A stretch of DNA of 64,000 nt from an uncultured Thermoplasmata archaeon. GTDB lineage: Archaea > Thermoplasmatota > Thermoplasmata > RBG-16-68-12. The notes beneath the pieces are model-generated. The model was not told the DNA's origin and ran no database searches. It saw nothing but the letters and a program-made list of their open reading frames with translations. Positions 17,223 to 27,730 of the stretch are shown one piece after another. The stretch covers positions 1 to 64,000 of the forward strand of contig CAVYJM010000008.1 of assembly GCA_963768855.1 (NCBI GenBank), read 5' to 3'. The position numbers were made by a program, and so were the translations under genes. The stretch's first letter is position 1, and each line of letters begins with the position of its first letter.

Positions 17223-18352
17223 GCGAGGGTCGGCACCTCCTCACTGAAGAAGCATGCGCTGCGGTGGTCGGGGCTCGCGCTCCCCTTGGCCGTCGCGAGC
17301 GGCGGTCCCGGCTCCTCGGAGCAGACCGGCCGGGCCATGGGGCAACGAGGGTGGAAGGCACACCCCGACGGGACTCGCGCCAGGCTGGGCACGCTCCCGG
17401 GAAGGGACGGCAGCCGCCCCTCCGTCTTGTAGCGGTTGGGGATCGCTCGCATGAGCATCTTCGTGTACGGGTGCCTCGGGTTGTTGTAGACCTCCGCGAC
17501 AGGGCCGTACTCGACGACGTGGCCTGCGTACATCACGCCGACGTCGTCCGCCATCTCCGCGATCACGCCGAGGTCGTGGCTGATGAACAGGATCGAGGTC
17601 TGGACCTCGGTCGATGAGCTCCTTCATGAGCGTGAGGACCTGCGCCTGAATCGTGATGTCAAGGGCGCTTGTCGGCTCGTCGGCGATGAGGAGGGACGGC
17701 CTTTCGAGCTTAGGGCCATGGCAATCATGATGCGCTGCCGCATGCCGCCGGACAACTCATGGGGATACAGCTCGAGGATCGTCTCGGGATCGTTGATGCG
17801 CACGAGCCGGAGGTACTCGAGGACGTCGCTCCGGAGACTCGGCCGGCCCGACTGGTCTGAGCTTCGGAAGTCCGTGGCCAGGGGATGAGGACGGCTTCGG
17901 AGGTGTCGACCGGCTTTGCGCGTCGAGTAGTCGAAGCCTTTCGTGGCCGGGAAGAGGACCTCCGACTTGCCCGCCTCTCGCAACTTTCGGACCTGGACGG
18001 CTTCCGCGACCTGGTCGAGGATCCGGAACGCGGGGTTCAGGGAGTTGATCGGCTCTTGGAAGATCATGCCGATCCCGGTCCCCCGGACCAGGGGAAGCTT
18101 CCACTTCGGGAGGGCGAGGATGTCGATGCCGCGGAAGACGATCCGGCCGGAGACGATCTTCGCGGGCGGCTCCGGGAGGAGGCGCGGGATCGCGTGCCCG
18201 AGCGTGCTCTTGCCGGAACCGGTCTCCCCGACGATGCCGACGACGCGGCCGGGGGTGAGCGTGAGGGAGACGTCTTTCACTGCGTGGAAGGTGCCGGCAC
18301 CCACCTCGAAGTCGACGCTGAGGTCCTCCACCTCCAAGAGCGGCTCGACCAC
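17219..18352 (-). pseudogene. oppD: Oligopeptide ABC transporter ATP-binding protein, frameshifted
   Basis: GETGSGKS and LSGGMRQR. The frame breaks near 17700 (before [10 protein letters not shown]) and near 17610 (before SILFISHDL). Confidence 0.85.
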
Positions 18353-18356
18353 GGCC

Positions 18357-19415
18357 TCACCCTCCGGGGGGCCGCGCGGATCCCGACGCCGCGGCAGCCT
18401 GGGCCAGGGCACGGCGGCTCCGGGGATCCAAGATGTCGCGGAGGCCGTCGCCCAGCAGGCTGAAGGCCAGGACGGTCACGAAGATCGCGAGTCCTGGGAA
18501 CACGACCATCCATGGGTAGAGGAGCAAGTAGTCCCCGTAGGCGGAGATCATGTTGCCCCACTCCGGGACATCAGGCGGCACGCCGATCCCGATGTAGGAA
18601 ATCGTAGAGAAGACCACCAAGACGGTCCCCACGTCCATCGTGAAGTAGACCACCAGAGGCTCGAGGATGTTCCGGAAGATGTGGCGGAATAGAATCCGCA
18701 CCTCCGACACACCCGCGGCCCGCGCCGCCACGACGTAGGGCTGATGCTTGACCGCAAGGACCTCGCCGCGCGTGAGGCGGATGTAGTACGGCCACCACGT
18801 GAGGAGGATGGCCAGGATGCACGGAACGGTCCCACGACCCAGGGTCGCTGCAATCGCGAGGGCGAGGACCAGGGGGGGGAAGGCGAGGAACACATCGGTC
18901 ACTCGCATGATGACCATCGAGATCGCGGCCCCGATCGTCCCGGGCCGGTCCCAGAAACCCGCGACGAGTCCGAGTCCCCCGCCGACGAGGAGGGAGAAGC
19001 CCGCGATGAGGAAGCCGATGGCGAGGTCAAGCGGAAGCGCCGCGAGAACCCGGGAGAACACGTCTCTCCCTGCGCGGTCCGTCCCGAACCAGTGATCCGC
19101 GGACGGAGCCTGCGCGCAGAAGGTCCTGTTGCCCACGACCGGGCAAGGGAGGAGATCGTTGGGGGCGTAGGGCGTCATCATCACGGGATGGCCGAGGGCT
19201 TGGCTGATCGGGGGCACCGTCGCAACGAGGAGGGCCGTGAGCGAGATGAAGATGACAAGGATGAATCCGACCAGGGTCAGCGGGTTCGCCCGCATGACCT
19301 TGTAGAAGTTGCGGCTGCCCGCGCGCAGCCAGCTTCCGAGCTGCCTCGCTTGGTTGAGGTACGAGGCGGCCGCGAGGGCCTGACTCGGCGGCTTCTCCGT
19401 CTCGGTCAACGCCAC
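18357..19415 (-). CDS. oppC: Oligopeptide ABC permease
   Basis: HWFGTDRAGRDVFSR, EAA-like YVVAARAAG, LLGDGLRDILDPR. Confidence 0.95.
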   Translation of the reverse strand: MALTETEKPPSQALAAASYLNQARQLGSWLRAGSRNFYKVMRANPLTLVGFILVIFISLTALLVATVPPISQALGHPVMMTPYAPNDLLPCPVVGNRTFCAQAPSADHWFGTDRAGRDVFSRVLAALPLDLAIGFLIAGFSLLVGGGLGLVAGFWDRPGTIGAAISMVIMRVTDVFLAFPPLVLALAIAATLGRGTVPCILAILLTWWPYYIRLTRGEVLAVKHQPYVVAARAAGVSEVRILFRHIFRNILEPLVVYFTMDVGTVLVVFSTISYIGIGVPPDVPEWGNMISAYGDYLLLYPWMVVFPGLAIFVTVLAFSLLGDGLRDILDPRSRRALAQAAAASGSARPPGG

Positions 19416-20428
19416 TCCACCCGCGGATCCAGGAGTCCGTACAGGACGTCCGCAATGAGGTTCGCGACGACGACCCCGATCGCGAAGAAGATGACAGCAC
19501 CAATCGTGCCGTTGAAGTTGTACTTCGTAATCGCCTCGTACGCGTAACTGCCGAGGCCCGGCCACAGGAAGATCTCCTCAATGACCACGAGCGTCGACAG
19601 GATACCTCCCATCGTCGTCCCGATAACCGTCACGGTCGAGATGAGCGAGTTCCTCAGCGCATGCTTGTAGAGCACCTTGAAGTTGGAGAGCCCCTTCATG
19701 CGGGCGGTCTTCACGTAGTCCATCGGTAGGACCTCAAGCATCGAGCCCCGCGTCATCCGGGTTGCGATCCCAAGGTTCACGAACGCCAAGGCCGTCGCGG
19801 GGAGGATCAAATGCGCGATTGCATCGGCGACGCCCGCGAAGTTGAGGGCGACGAGCGCGTCGAGGACGGACATGTGGAAGGGCTGAGGGAAGGGCGGGAC
19901 GGGGGACGTGAATGCGCCGTTACGCGGCAATCCAAGGACGGGTCCGATCGCGACGGAGAGGACGGCCGCGGCCAGATACGTCGGAGTCGCCCACCCGCTC
20001 AGATAGAAGGTGCGCACGAGATGGTCCGGCCAGCGACCCGTGTTGCTCGCGGCGATCACCCCGAGCGGGATTCCGATGGCCACCATGAGGAACAGCGAGG
20101 CAAGGACCAGCTCCAAGGTCTCAGGGAACTTGGCGAGGATATCGGGGAGGATGAGAGGGCCCCGCGGGCTCGCACCCCAGTCGCCAACGACGAGCTTTCC
20201 CAGGTAACTCGCGTACTGGTTGAAGACGGGCTTGTCCAGATCGTTGTTGACAATGCACTGCTGGATCGTCGCCTGGGTGGCCCGCGGCCCGGACCAGACG
20301 TTGCAGGGATTTGGGACCGCGAGGTGGGTGAAGATGAAAGTAATCGTTACGACCCCGAAGAGGACGGGGATGAGCGTCAGGAGGCGCTTGCCGATGAAGA
20401 TGACGAGGTCCCCTCGACTCCTCCCCAC
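19406..20428 (-). CDS. oppB: Oligopeptide ABC permease
   Basis: KRLLTLIPVLFGV, DYVKTARMKGL, YKHALRNSL, DVLYGLLDPR. Confidence 0.95.
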   Translation of the reverse strand: MGRSRGDLVIFIGKRLLTLIPVLFGVVTITFIFTHLAVPNPCNVWSGPRATQATIQQCIVNNDLDKPVFNQYASYLGKLVVGDWGASPRGPLILPDILAKFPETLELVLASLFLMVAIGIPLGVIAASNTGRWPDHLVRTFYLSGWATPTYLAAAVLSVAIGPVLGLPRNGAFTSPVPPFPQPFHMSVLDALVALNFAGVADAIAHLILPATALAFVNLGIATRMTRGSMLEVLPMDYVKTARMKGLSNFKVLYKHALRNSLISTVTVIGTTMGGILSTLVVIEEIFLWPGLGSYAYEAITKYNFNGTIGAVIFFAIGVVVANLIADVLYGLLDPRVEWR

Positions 20429-20648
20429 CTAGGATCCAGCTCCCCGAGCGTCGCGAGGTCTCCCGACGGCGGGGAGTCCCTGGCGCGGATTCGGACGGCC
20501 GCAACAAAGGGCCGCCGTCTCGCTCAACGGGCGGGGAACTCCCCCCTCGGAGATAAAGCTAAGGTCGGGGCGCACGGGAGAGGCTGCCGAGCCACCTGAG
20601 GCTAAAGTCCTAAATAGATGGACCTATCTCGCCACCCAGCCGGTTCTC

Positions 20649-21233
20649 ATGTACCAACGGGTTCAGCGAGAGGACGTCGTCCGCATCCCGCCCGAGCGCC
20701 TGGGCGAGGGCATCGACAAGGTCGCGAAGGAGCTCACCCGGACGACCCTCGAGGGGAAGGTCGGGGCGGACAAGACCCTGACCTTGATCGCGAGCAACAT
20801 CGAGGCGGTCGGCGAGGGGCGCATCGTCCACGGCGACGGTGCGGTCTACCAGCGCGTGAGGTACGACGCCCTCGTGTTCGCGCCCCAGCTCCAGGAGGTC
20901 GTCGAGGGCACCGTGGTCGAGATCCTCAAGTTCGGCGCCTTCGTGCGGTTCGGTCCTCTGGACGGGCTGCTGCACATCTCCCAGGTCATGGACGACCGCG
21001 TCGACGTGGACGAGGAAGGCCAGCGGCTGATCGGGAAGGATTCGAAGCGCGACCTGCGCGTGGGCGACCGCGTCCGGGTGCGGATCGTCGCGGTCTCCCT
21101 GAACGAGCGCGCGCCGCGGGAGTCGAAGATCGGCCTCACGATGCGCCAGCCCGCGCTTGGCAAGCTGGATTGGATCGAGGAGGACCGCGCCCGCGCCGAG
21201 GGCCGGAGCAAGAAGGGGAAGCGGGGAGGCTGA
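20649..21233 (+). CDS. rpoE1: RNA polymerase subunit Rpo7 (E')
   Basis: DVVRIPP, GDGAVY, S1 domain FGAFVRFGPLDGLLHISQ, KIGLTMRQPALGK. Confidence 0.97.
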   Translation: MYQRVQREDVVRIPPERLGEGIDKVAKELTRTTLEGKVGADKTLTLIASNIEAVGEGRIVHGDGAVYQRVRYDALVFAPQLQEVVEGTVVEILKFGAFVRFGPLDGLLHISQVMDDRVDVDEEGQRLIGKDSKRDLRVGDRVRVRIVAVSLNERAPRESKIGLTMRQPALGKLDWIEEDRARAEGRSKKGKRGG

Positions 21234-21237
21234 CCGC

Positions 21238-21429
21238 ATGGTCGTCAAGATCCCGAAGGCCTGCAAGAACTGCTCCGCGATCACGGACGATGACAAGTGC
21301 CCCCTGTGCGGCGGCGTGACTTCGAAGGACTGGCAGGGCTACGTGATCATCGTCGACCACCCGCGCTCGGAGATCGCGAAGAAGATGGGGCTGCATGTCA
21401 ACGGGAAGTTCGCCCTCCGCGTTCGCTGA
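21238..21429 (+). CDS. spt4: Transcription elongation factor Spt4 (RpoE'')
   Basis: KACKNC..CPLCG..SKDWQGYVIIVD..SEIAKKMG..GKFALRVR; canonical position after rpoE1. Confidence 0.97.
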   Translation: MVVKIPKACKNCSAITDDDKCPLCGGVTSKDWQGYVIIVDHPRSEIAKKMGLHVNGKFALRVR

Positions 21430-21940
21430 GTTCGCGAACGTCACGCTCAAACTCCCTGAGTCACTCCGAGAGAACCTGAAGTGGCCGATGGGGCCGCTCG
21501 TGCACGGTCTGGACGTCCTCCCGACGGTCGGCACCGCGAGCCCCGTGGTCACGGTGGGCGACTTCTGCACGCTCGACCTGATCGCCCGCGGCCGCACGCC
21601 GGACCTCTGCCTCGTCGACTTCAAGACGAAGCGCCAGGAGGATCCGGAGCTGCGGGACGCGTTCGGACGGATCCACGCGCGCGTCGTGCGACTGAAGAAC
21701 CCTGCGGGGACGGTCGCCGCGGACGCGTGGTCCGTCTTGTCCGAAGCCTTTAAATCAGAGGAGCGGGTACGCGTCGAAGTCCAGGGAGAAGAGGACCTCT
21801 TGGCCCTGGTCTGTATCGCCCTCGCGCCCGAGACCGCGGCCGTGCTCTACGGCATGCCGGGTCAGGGCGTCGTCGTGGTGCGTGCGGACCACGCCGCGAA
21901 GTCGCGCGTCCTGGACATCCTGCGACGCATGGAACGGTAG
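21395..21940 (+). CDS. GTP-dependent dephospho-CoA kinase family (DUF359)
   Basis: VVTVGD, VDFKTKR, NPAG, GEEDLLAL, YGMPGQG; canonical synteny. The start is uncertain. Confidence 0.9.
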   Translation: MSTGSSPSAFAEFANVTLKLPESLRENLKWPMGPLVHGLDVLPTVGTASPVVTVGDFCTLDLIARGRTPDLCLVDFKTKRQEDPELRDAFGRIHARVVRLKNPAGTVAADAWSVLSEAFKSEERVRVEVQGEEDLLALVCIALAPETAAVLYGMPGQGVVVVRADHAAKSRVLDILRRMER

Positions 21941-21946
21941 AAGCTC

Positions 21947-22489
21947 ATGGAAGTCCAAGTCCTCACGAAGAAGGAGAACCCGCTCCTGAAGCGGGTCGAG
22001 ATCACGTTCAAGGCCGTCCACAAGGCCGAGGCCACGCCGACGCGGGACGCCCTCCGCTCCGAGCTCGCGAAGCAACTCAAGGTCGCGAAGGACGCGGTCG
22101 TCGTGGACCATTCAAATTCCTCGTTCGGGCGGTACGAGACCCTCGGCTACGCGAAGGTCTACAAGTCCAAGGAGGAAGCCCTCTCGATCGAGCGCTCCCA
22201 CATCCTCGTCCGGAACAAGCTGAAGGAGGCCGAGGTGAAGGAGAAGAAGGAGGCCGAGAAGGCCCCGAAGCCTCCGAGGGCGGAGAGGCCCGCCCCGAAG
22301 GCGGAAGCGAAGGCGGAGGCGCCGAAGGCCGAGGCGAAGCCCGAGCACAAGCCCGAGGCCAAGGCGGAACACAAAGGGGAGAAGCCCGCCGCGAAGGAAG
22401 AGAAGAAGCCGACCGAGAAGCACGAGGAGAAGAAGGAAGCGAAGCCTGAGGCGAAGAAGGCGGAGCCCAAGAAGAAGGAGGGCAAGTGA
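21947..22489 (+). CDS. rps24e: 30S ribosomal protein S24e with long K/E/A/P-rich C-terminal tail
   Basis: [28 protein letters not shown]. Confidence 0.97.
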   Translation: MEVQVLTKKENPLLKRVEITFKAVHKAEATPTRDALRSELAKQLKVAKDAVVVDHSNSSFGRYETLGYAKVYKSKEEALSIERSHILVRNKLKEAEVKEKKEAEKAPKPPRAERPAPKAEAKAEAPKAEAKPEHKPEAKAEHKGEKPAAKEEKKPTEKHEEKKEAKPEAKKAEPKKKEGK

Positions 22490-22677
22490 TGGCGGAGACC
22501 AAGAAGGCCGCGAAGGGCACCGCCGGCCTCAAGCATGGGTTCTACAAGATCGAGGGGGAGCGGCTCGAACGGACCCGCCAGAACTGCCCCAAGTGCGGCC
22601 CCGGCACGTTCCTCGCGGTGCACGAGGGCCGCGTCTCCTGCGGCCGCTGCGGCTACACCGAGTTCGCGAAGAAGTAG
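22489..22677 (+). CDS. rps27ae: 30S ribosomal protein S27ae
   Basis: [23 protein letters not shown]. Confidence 0.97.
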   Translation: MAETKKAAKGTAGLKHGFYKIEGERLERTRQNCPKCGPGTFLAVHEGRVSCGRCGYTEFAKK

Positions 22678-22749
22678 CCCCCCGGGGTCATTTCGCATTT
22701 TGACGAGCGTCCCAATGCCTTAGAGACCCACCAGATTGTCCCGGGGACC

Positions 22750-23724
22750 ATGCGACGTGCCGTCCTCGGGCTGGCCTTTGCGCTTGCCCTTTCCATCGCC
22801 GCGCTTGCGATCGTGTCTGCCCCGCAGACGCCCACCCCGTCCAGCCCGGTCCACGCGGCGGCGCTGAACCTGAACCTGAACTACAGCGACCCCGCGAGCG
22901 ATGTCTTCAAGCTCTGGACCTCGAACAACAGCCACGTCACGGATGTGAGCGGGTTCTGGATCATGAGCCCGTCACCCGGGGAAGTGAACCTGATTCGCGT
23001 GTCCTCGACGGACGCAGGGACCAACGTGAACCTCTACCTCCGCGTCCAGACGACAATCGCGTCGCGCGCGAACACCTCCTATGAAATCCGGTTGTACTCC
23101 CGAGCCGACAACCGCACCCACTACCTGGTGGACTACTCGAACGGCGTTACGTATCTCAAGCAGAACACGACCGCCGCGAGCACCTCCAACCTCACCGCGA
23201 ACACGACGATCTCGCCAGCGAGCACGCTCAACGTGGTCGTGCGCAAGGCTCTCCTCGGCGGCTCCACGAACATCACAGCCTGGAACATCGATGCGACATC
23301 CAAGCAGGACGCGGGCAACTACACGTACGAGGACTTCGTCTGGCAGCAACCAGGAAACCCGGGATCCGCCCCCGCGTTCCTCCAGGGCCGCGTCACGGAT
23401 GCGGCGAACGGAGCGGGCCTAGCGAACGTGAACGTGTCCACCAACGCAGGCGGATACTTCACGACGACGAACGCGACGGGTTACTATAGCCTTCCCGCGT
23501 CGCCGGGGAACTACACTCTGACCTTCACCCTGACCGGCTACGACAGCCTGTCGAAGCCCGTGTCGGTCCAGTACCAGCAGACGCAGACGGTGAACGCCGC
23601 GCTGACGAAAACCTCGGACCTCACGTTGCTCCTCTGGGTTGTCCTGCTGGTCCTCATTGTGGTCGGCGTCGCCGCGGTCGTGTTCATCGTGATGCGTCGG
23701 AGGAGACCGAGCGCGCCGAAGTGA
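22750..23724 (+). CDS. Secreted, C-terminally anchored surface protein with carboxypeptidase-regulatory-like domain
   Basis: Signal peptide; GRVTD..G..L.NV.V..TN.TGYY.L...PG.YTLT; C-terminal TM followed by a basic tail; 12 N-x-S/T sequons. Confidence 0.85.
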   Translation: MRRAVLGLAFALALSIAALAIVSAPQTPTPSSPVHAAALNLNLNYSDPASDVFKLWTSNNSHVTDVSGFWIMSPSPGEVNLIRVSSTDAGTNVNLYLRVQTTIASRANTSYEIRLYSRADNRTHYLVDYSNGVTYLKQNTTAASTSNLTANTTISPASTLNVVVRKALLGGSTNITAWNIDATSKQDAGNYTYEDFVWQQPGNPGSAPAFLQGRVTDAANGAGLANVNVSTNAGGYFTTTNATGYYSLPASPGNYTLTFTLTGYDSLSKPVSVQYQQTQTVNAALTKTSDLTLLLWVVLLVLIVVGVAAVVFIVMRRRRPSAPK

Positions 23725-23782
23725 TTCCCTCCGGTTCCCTGGGCGGAAAGCCTTAAAGCGACGACCCCTTACGGCGGGCCGC

Positions 23783-23856
23783 GGGCCTGTAGTCTAGCTT
23801 GGACAGGACAGAGGCCTCCGGAGCCTTTAACCGGGGTTCGAATCCCCGCAGGCCCG
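23783..23856 (+). tRNA. trnR: tRNA-Arg(CCG), intronless, CCA not encoded
   Basis: Acceptor GGGCCTG/CAGGCCC, anticodon arm GAGGC-CTCCGGA-GCCTT, T arm CGGGG-TTCGAAT-CCCCG; promoter GAAAGCCTTAAAG at 23746-23758. Confidence 0.95.
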
Positions 23857-23882
23857 TACCATTCCCTTAGAACCGAGGTCAA

Positions 23883-24005
23883 TCACGGGGAATTGACCCG
23901 CACGGGAGTCCCACAAAAGCGCTCGAGATCGTCCCAGGCGCGCTCGGTGCGAATGCGGGCGTAGAACCACTCCGTCGTCGCGGTCGAGCTATGCCGGAGG
24001 GCCTC
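23883..24005 (-). pseudogene. Tyrosine recombinase/integrase C-terminal relic
   Basis: ALRHSSTATTEWFYARIRTERAWDDLERF resembles the L(G/R)H-x5-T-x2,3-Y catalytic C-terminus; it ends 26 nt from the tRNA 3' end. Confidence 0.65.
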
Positions 24006-24849
24006 GCCCCCGGCCTCCTGGGAGTGCCTCCTAGCCGCCGGAAGGGCTCGGCTGGGACGGGCAAACGGTCTCGCTAGGGAGGGACGAGCCAGCCAGGGAC
24101 AAGGAGGATGAGCGACGTGACGACACTCAAGACGAGGAAGAGAATGACGTGCTTCATGTCCTTCGAGATTCGCGCCATTACATCGTCCCCCCTTTAGCGT
24201 ACACGGACAAGGACTCAAGCTCGAAATGAATACCGTTGCCGACGGCGAATTCGGCCCAGGTTAGGACGCATTCCACAATCCCCGTCAATCAGCAGAGAGG
24301 TTTGCGATACGTGCTTGTCATGAGGACGAGCGGTATCGTCGGTTCAACCGGGCGAGCTTCCGGGATCTCGCGGAGCAACAGAGGCTGCGCCGCGTTCTCT
24401 AGTGAGAGATTCCCCCCGCTACCTTAGACCAATCGACGCACTAACAAAGGCTGATGCACGGTGTAGAAAAGTGCCGCCCAGCCTTTCTCTCGGTCTTCGG
24501 CGCCGGGGCCTCGCGCCCGTTGGGGATTCCGACCAACAGAGATATGCACGAAACCTTCCTCGATTGAAAGGATCCGCACCACACTACCCTCGGTGGGTTT
24601 CCGCCCGAGCTCTACGAAAACGCAAGAAAGGGACTGTCTTCGGCAGAAGTTGCTCCAGTCAATCTCGAATCGTTGATGTCCACGCCTACCTCATTCGATT
24701 CGCCACGGTCGGTCGAGAACTTGCGGTGGACTGGCAAACCCAGCGCAGCAGCTGCCTGTAGATGTGAGGAGAAAGAGCTTAGACTGAAGGATGATGGCCC
24801 TCTGGCGAGAGAGCCGCGATGATGCTGCCTAGGCCTCTCAAACGGCACA

Positions 24850-25212
24850 TCACAGAGGACCGATGATGGTGGGCAGGAACCAGCCTACGAATATAGCAAC
24901 AATCCACACGATCACCGCAGTCAGGAGTGCCTTGAGCCAGCCAATCTCGTACAGACTCCCGAGCGCCAGCAGCCAAACGAACCCACCGATCAAGCCCGCC
25001 CAGAGCCCCTGACCCAGGAAGAAGTACGCCAAGGCGTAAATGATGGCCCCGACGAGGGCGGCCAGCAAGGCCGTCCCGATCCCTTCCTTCTCCCCGAGCA
25101 GCGTCGTGATCACGTAGATGATGATGGTCGAAACGATCCATCCGATAACGAAGAAGAGCACGGCCGTGAGAAGCGACCCTGGCACCGTGTATCCGCCGAT
25201 TGTTATGGACAT
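24850..25212 (-). CDS. Small multi-TM membrane protein
   Basis: 120 aa from the ATG at 25212, with four hydrophobic segments. Confidence 0.8.
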   Translation of the reverse strand: MSITIGGYTVPGSLLTAVLFFVIGWIVSTIIIYVITTLLGEKEGIGTALLAALVGAIIYALAYFFLGQGLWAGLIGGFVWLLALGSLYEIGWLKALLTAVIVWIVAIFVGWFLPTIIGPL

Positions 25213-26058
25213 GTCTTCCACCCGGGTGCGGCAATGACGGGCAGGTATTTTGGCCTTGCGCAAATGTACGCTGTAAGCCGGAACCGGTGGCATCGTCGGA
25301 GCACCCGACTCGACGGAAGAGATGTGGTCCCGATATGGGTCCGCTCCTGACACGTAACAGCGTCTCGGACAGCCTTTCACGCAAGGAACGTCGCCTAAGC
25401 CGCGTGTGCCCCGTTACCCTCGGCGAAAACCGATGATGATTCTCCGCAGAAGACATCGTCCTGCGGGCCTCGTTCAGGGGAAGCTGGTTCCAGTACCACT
25501 AACCGCCAGTGCGGCGGTGGCGACCGAGGCGAGAGGGGCGGGCATGGTGGGGAACGAGGGTGATCTCGAACGACATTTGCTGCGCCTGAACAGCTCAATC
25601 CGAACAGAAGGGAGCATACGTCTGGGATCTCAGGTTTGCCCGACCGCCGCTGCCGAGACAAGCGATGTCGTGAACACGCACAACCGGGTTTCGGCGATCC
25701 GTCGGCCGCCGACCCAAGCTTCGTCCTTCGCAGTCTCCTCCTTGATCTAGGCGGAGGTGTACTTCCCGCTCGCCCTTTCTTCGGACGTGAGAGGGCGGTT
25801 CAGTTCCTCCTTGCCGCAGGCCTTCATCTGGGCGTCGGACATCCGGGCGGCGCGCTTCAGGATTTGCGTCCCCATCCGCTCCTCGATTCCGAGACCTCGC
25901 TGTCGGGTCCTTCAGATCGACGTACGGGTGCTCTGGTGCAGGTCACAGAGTCACCGCGAAATCGTTTATTACCTCCGGAGGGCATGCCCGGCTTGGCGAC
26001 TGCCATGGTTCCGTCCACGGTTCCGTCCTCCGGCGAGCACAAGGGTGAGCAGACACTC

Positions 26059-26533
26059 ATGGCGATGAAGCCGACACGATACATCGCCCTCACCTACTAC
26101 GTGCTCTTCATCGTCTTCCTGTTCCTGGCACCCCTCGTCTACCTCCACCCCTGGTTCTTCGACGCGATCCCGCGGGCCCCGGTCGGTCCGATCGACACGA
26201 CCCGTTATCCTCCTGGCCGTCCTCCTGATCCTTGCGCTGTACTGCTTGGTCCGGGCCGAGCTCAGGCGGGCGACGACGTCCTACGTAATCACGGACAACA
26301 AGATCGTCCGCAAGGACGGGATCCTGACCAAGAACACCCAGATGATCCCTTACACGCAGCTCAACCGAATCGACCTGAAACAGACGCTCGGCCAGCGGAT
26401 GCTGCACATCGGGACCGTCGTCGTGGACACGGGGGACGACACTCTGAAGATCGACCACATCGCCCACCCGGAGAAAGTGCAGCAGCTCCTGAGCGAGCGA
26501 CTCGGCCGCAAGTCATACTCCGCGCAGAAGTGA
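26059..26533 (+). pseudogene. Bacterial-type PH domain (bPH_2/YdbS-like) membrane protein, +1 frameshift
   Basis: Two TM segments, then SYVITDNKIVRKDGIL..IPY..L..IDLKQTL.QRML.IGTVVVDT. The frame shifts at the CCC run near 26201. Confidence 0.75.
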
Positions 26534-26632
26534 GCCGCTCAGCAATCCTGAGTACGCAAGAGCGTGCCCGCTCTCAGAGGGCCGGGTCTTGGTTGGGCAG
26601 AGCAGATAACCCCCGCTGTCGTTGCGGCCTCC

Positions 26633-26734
26633 ATGAAGCTGAAGACCCCTCGGAGGAAAATGAAGAGTATCAAGCGCAATCTCGACCGGGATATGAAGAA
26701 GACCTTGAAACGGGTCAAGAGAGTTATCCGTTGA
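26633..26734 (+). CDS. 33-aa highly basic peptide MKLKTPRRKMKSIKRNLDRDMKKTLKRVKRVIR
   Basis: 16 of 33 residues are K/R; an AT-containing GATAAC box lies ~25 nt upstream; translated by hand. Confidence 0.4.
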   Translation: MKLKTPRRKMKSIKRNLDRDMKKTLKRVKRVIR

Positions 26735-27179
26735 AGACCTCAAGCGTGCTCGCTCAGGGGGGTGACGGTCGAGGAGGTCTCTTCTCCATCGGTTCCACCG
26801 TTCGGGAGCGGGAGCTACAAGGACCGTTCCATGCAGGGCTCGTCCCGACGGTGGCTGTCCTGCCATTTCCGGATCCTGAACCTCAAACGGATTCTTGTGG
26901 ACGCCCGAACCACCGCACGTCGCCCGCGAGCCGGCAGGAAGACAGGAAGGGCCGGTGCGCGGATCTTTCGAGCCATTTGGAGGAATCTGCGCGGAGGTAC
27001 CGTGCTACCGACCCGGCGAGGGGGAGACGTCTTGGCTGCAACCTTGCGGCTCTCCGCTCGGAGTCCTCTGCACGGACAGGCCCGCCTTGCGAACTGGGGG
27101 CAGCGTGCAAGCACATCGGATCGAATACGTCCACCTCCGCGAGAGCGCGGGAGCGGGTCCCCATTCGTCGCTAGCAACT

Positions 27180-27730
27180 ACGTTTTGCGAGCCCGCTCCT
27201 CCTGCCGCGAAACCGTTATCGCGCGCTCGAGGCGCAGCCAGGGCATGGAGGTGAAGACCGATTGTATCCGCACACGAGGACCGCCAAGAAGTCAGCGAGC
27301 CGCAGCTGCGATCCGCCACAGTAGCCGGAGCGGGGCTTGATGACGAAGACTCGAATTCCCGCCTCGCCCCAGGTCTTCCGGAAGATCGCGCGCACCCGTC
27401 TTGCGTGCCATTGTTGGGCAACCGTCGATGGTGCTGGTCCCCCTCTTCGCCTGGAGTACCCGAAGCGCGAACTTCGCGTTCTCGATGGTGTTCCGGCTCT
27501 TGGTCTCGAAGCAGGAGGTCGCTTCGGGGACTGACGGTCCTCTACGACGAGATCCAGGCTGCGGCTTCAATCGGCAACTCCGTGTTACACCTACTCAGCG
27601 ACGTTCACTCTGATAAGTAGGACTGCAGCTTGCCTTCCGCGGCGGTAAAGCTCGACGACTTCGTCGGTGACGGCACGTCGAGCGGGAGAGGCGTGGGCCA
27701 GGTCTCAATACGTCCGCCCCAACGCCGATG
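27180..27730 (-). pseudogene. YdcF/DUF218 family relic
   Basis: Fragments in different frames: VVELYRRG, ETKSRNTIENAKFALRVL, WHARRVRAIFRKTWG. Internal stops are present and the limits are approximate. Confidence 0.6.

Noticed and set aside
20430-20648. Absence of usual neighbours (eIF2-gamma/PIN before rpoE1, kae1 after rps27ae, ksgA after DUF655)
   Set aside because: Such rearrangements of archaeal superoperons are common and uninformative without the rest of the genome.
24250-24850. Possible attR or additional integrase fragments
   Set aside because: I found no copy of the tRNA 3' end and no R-H-R box by eye.
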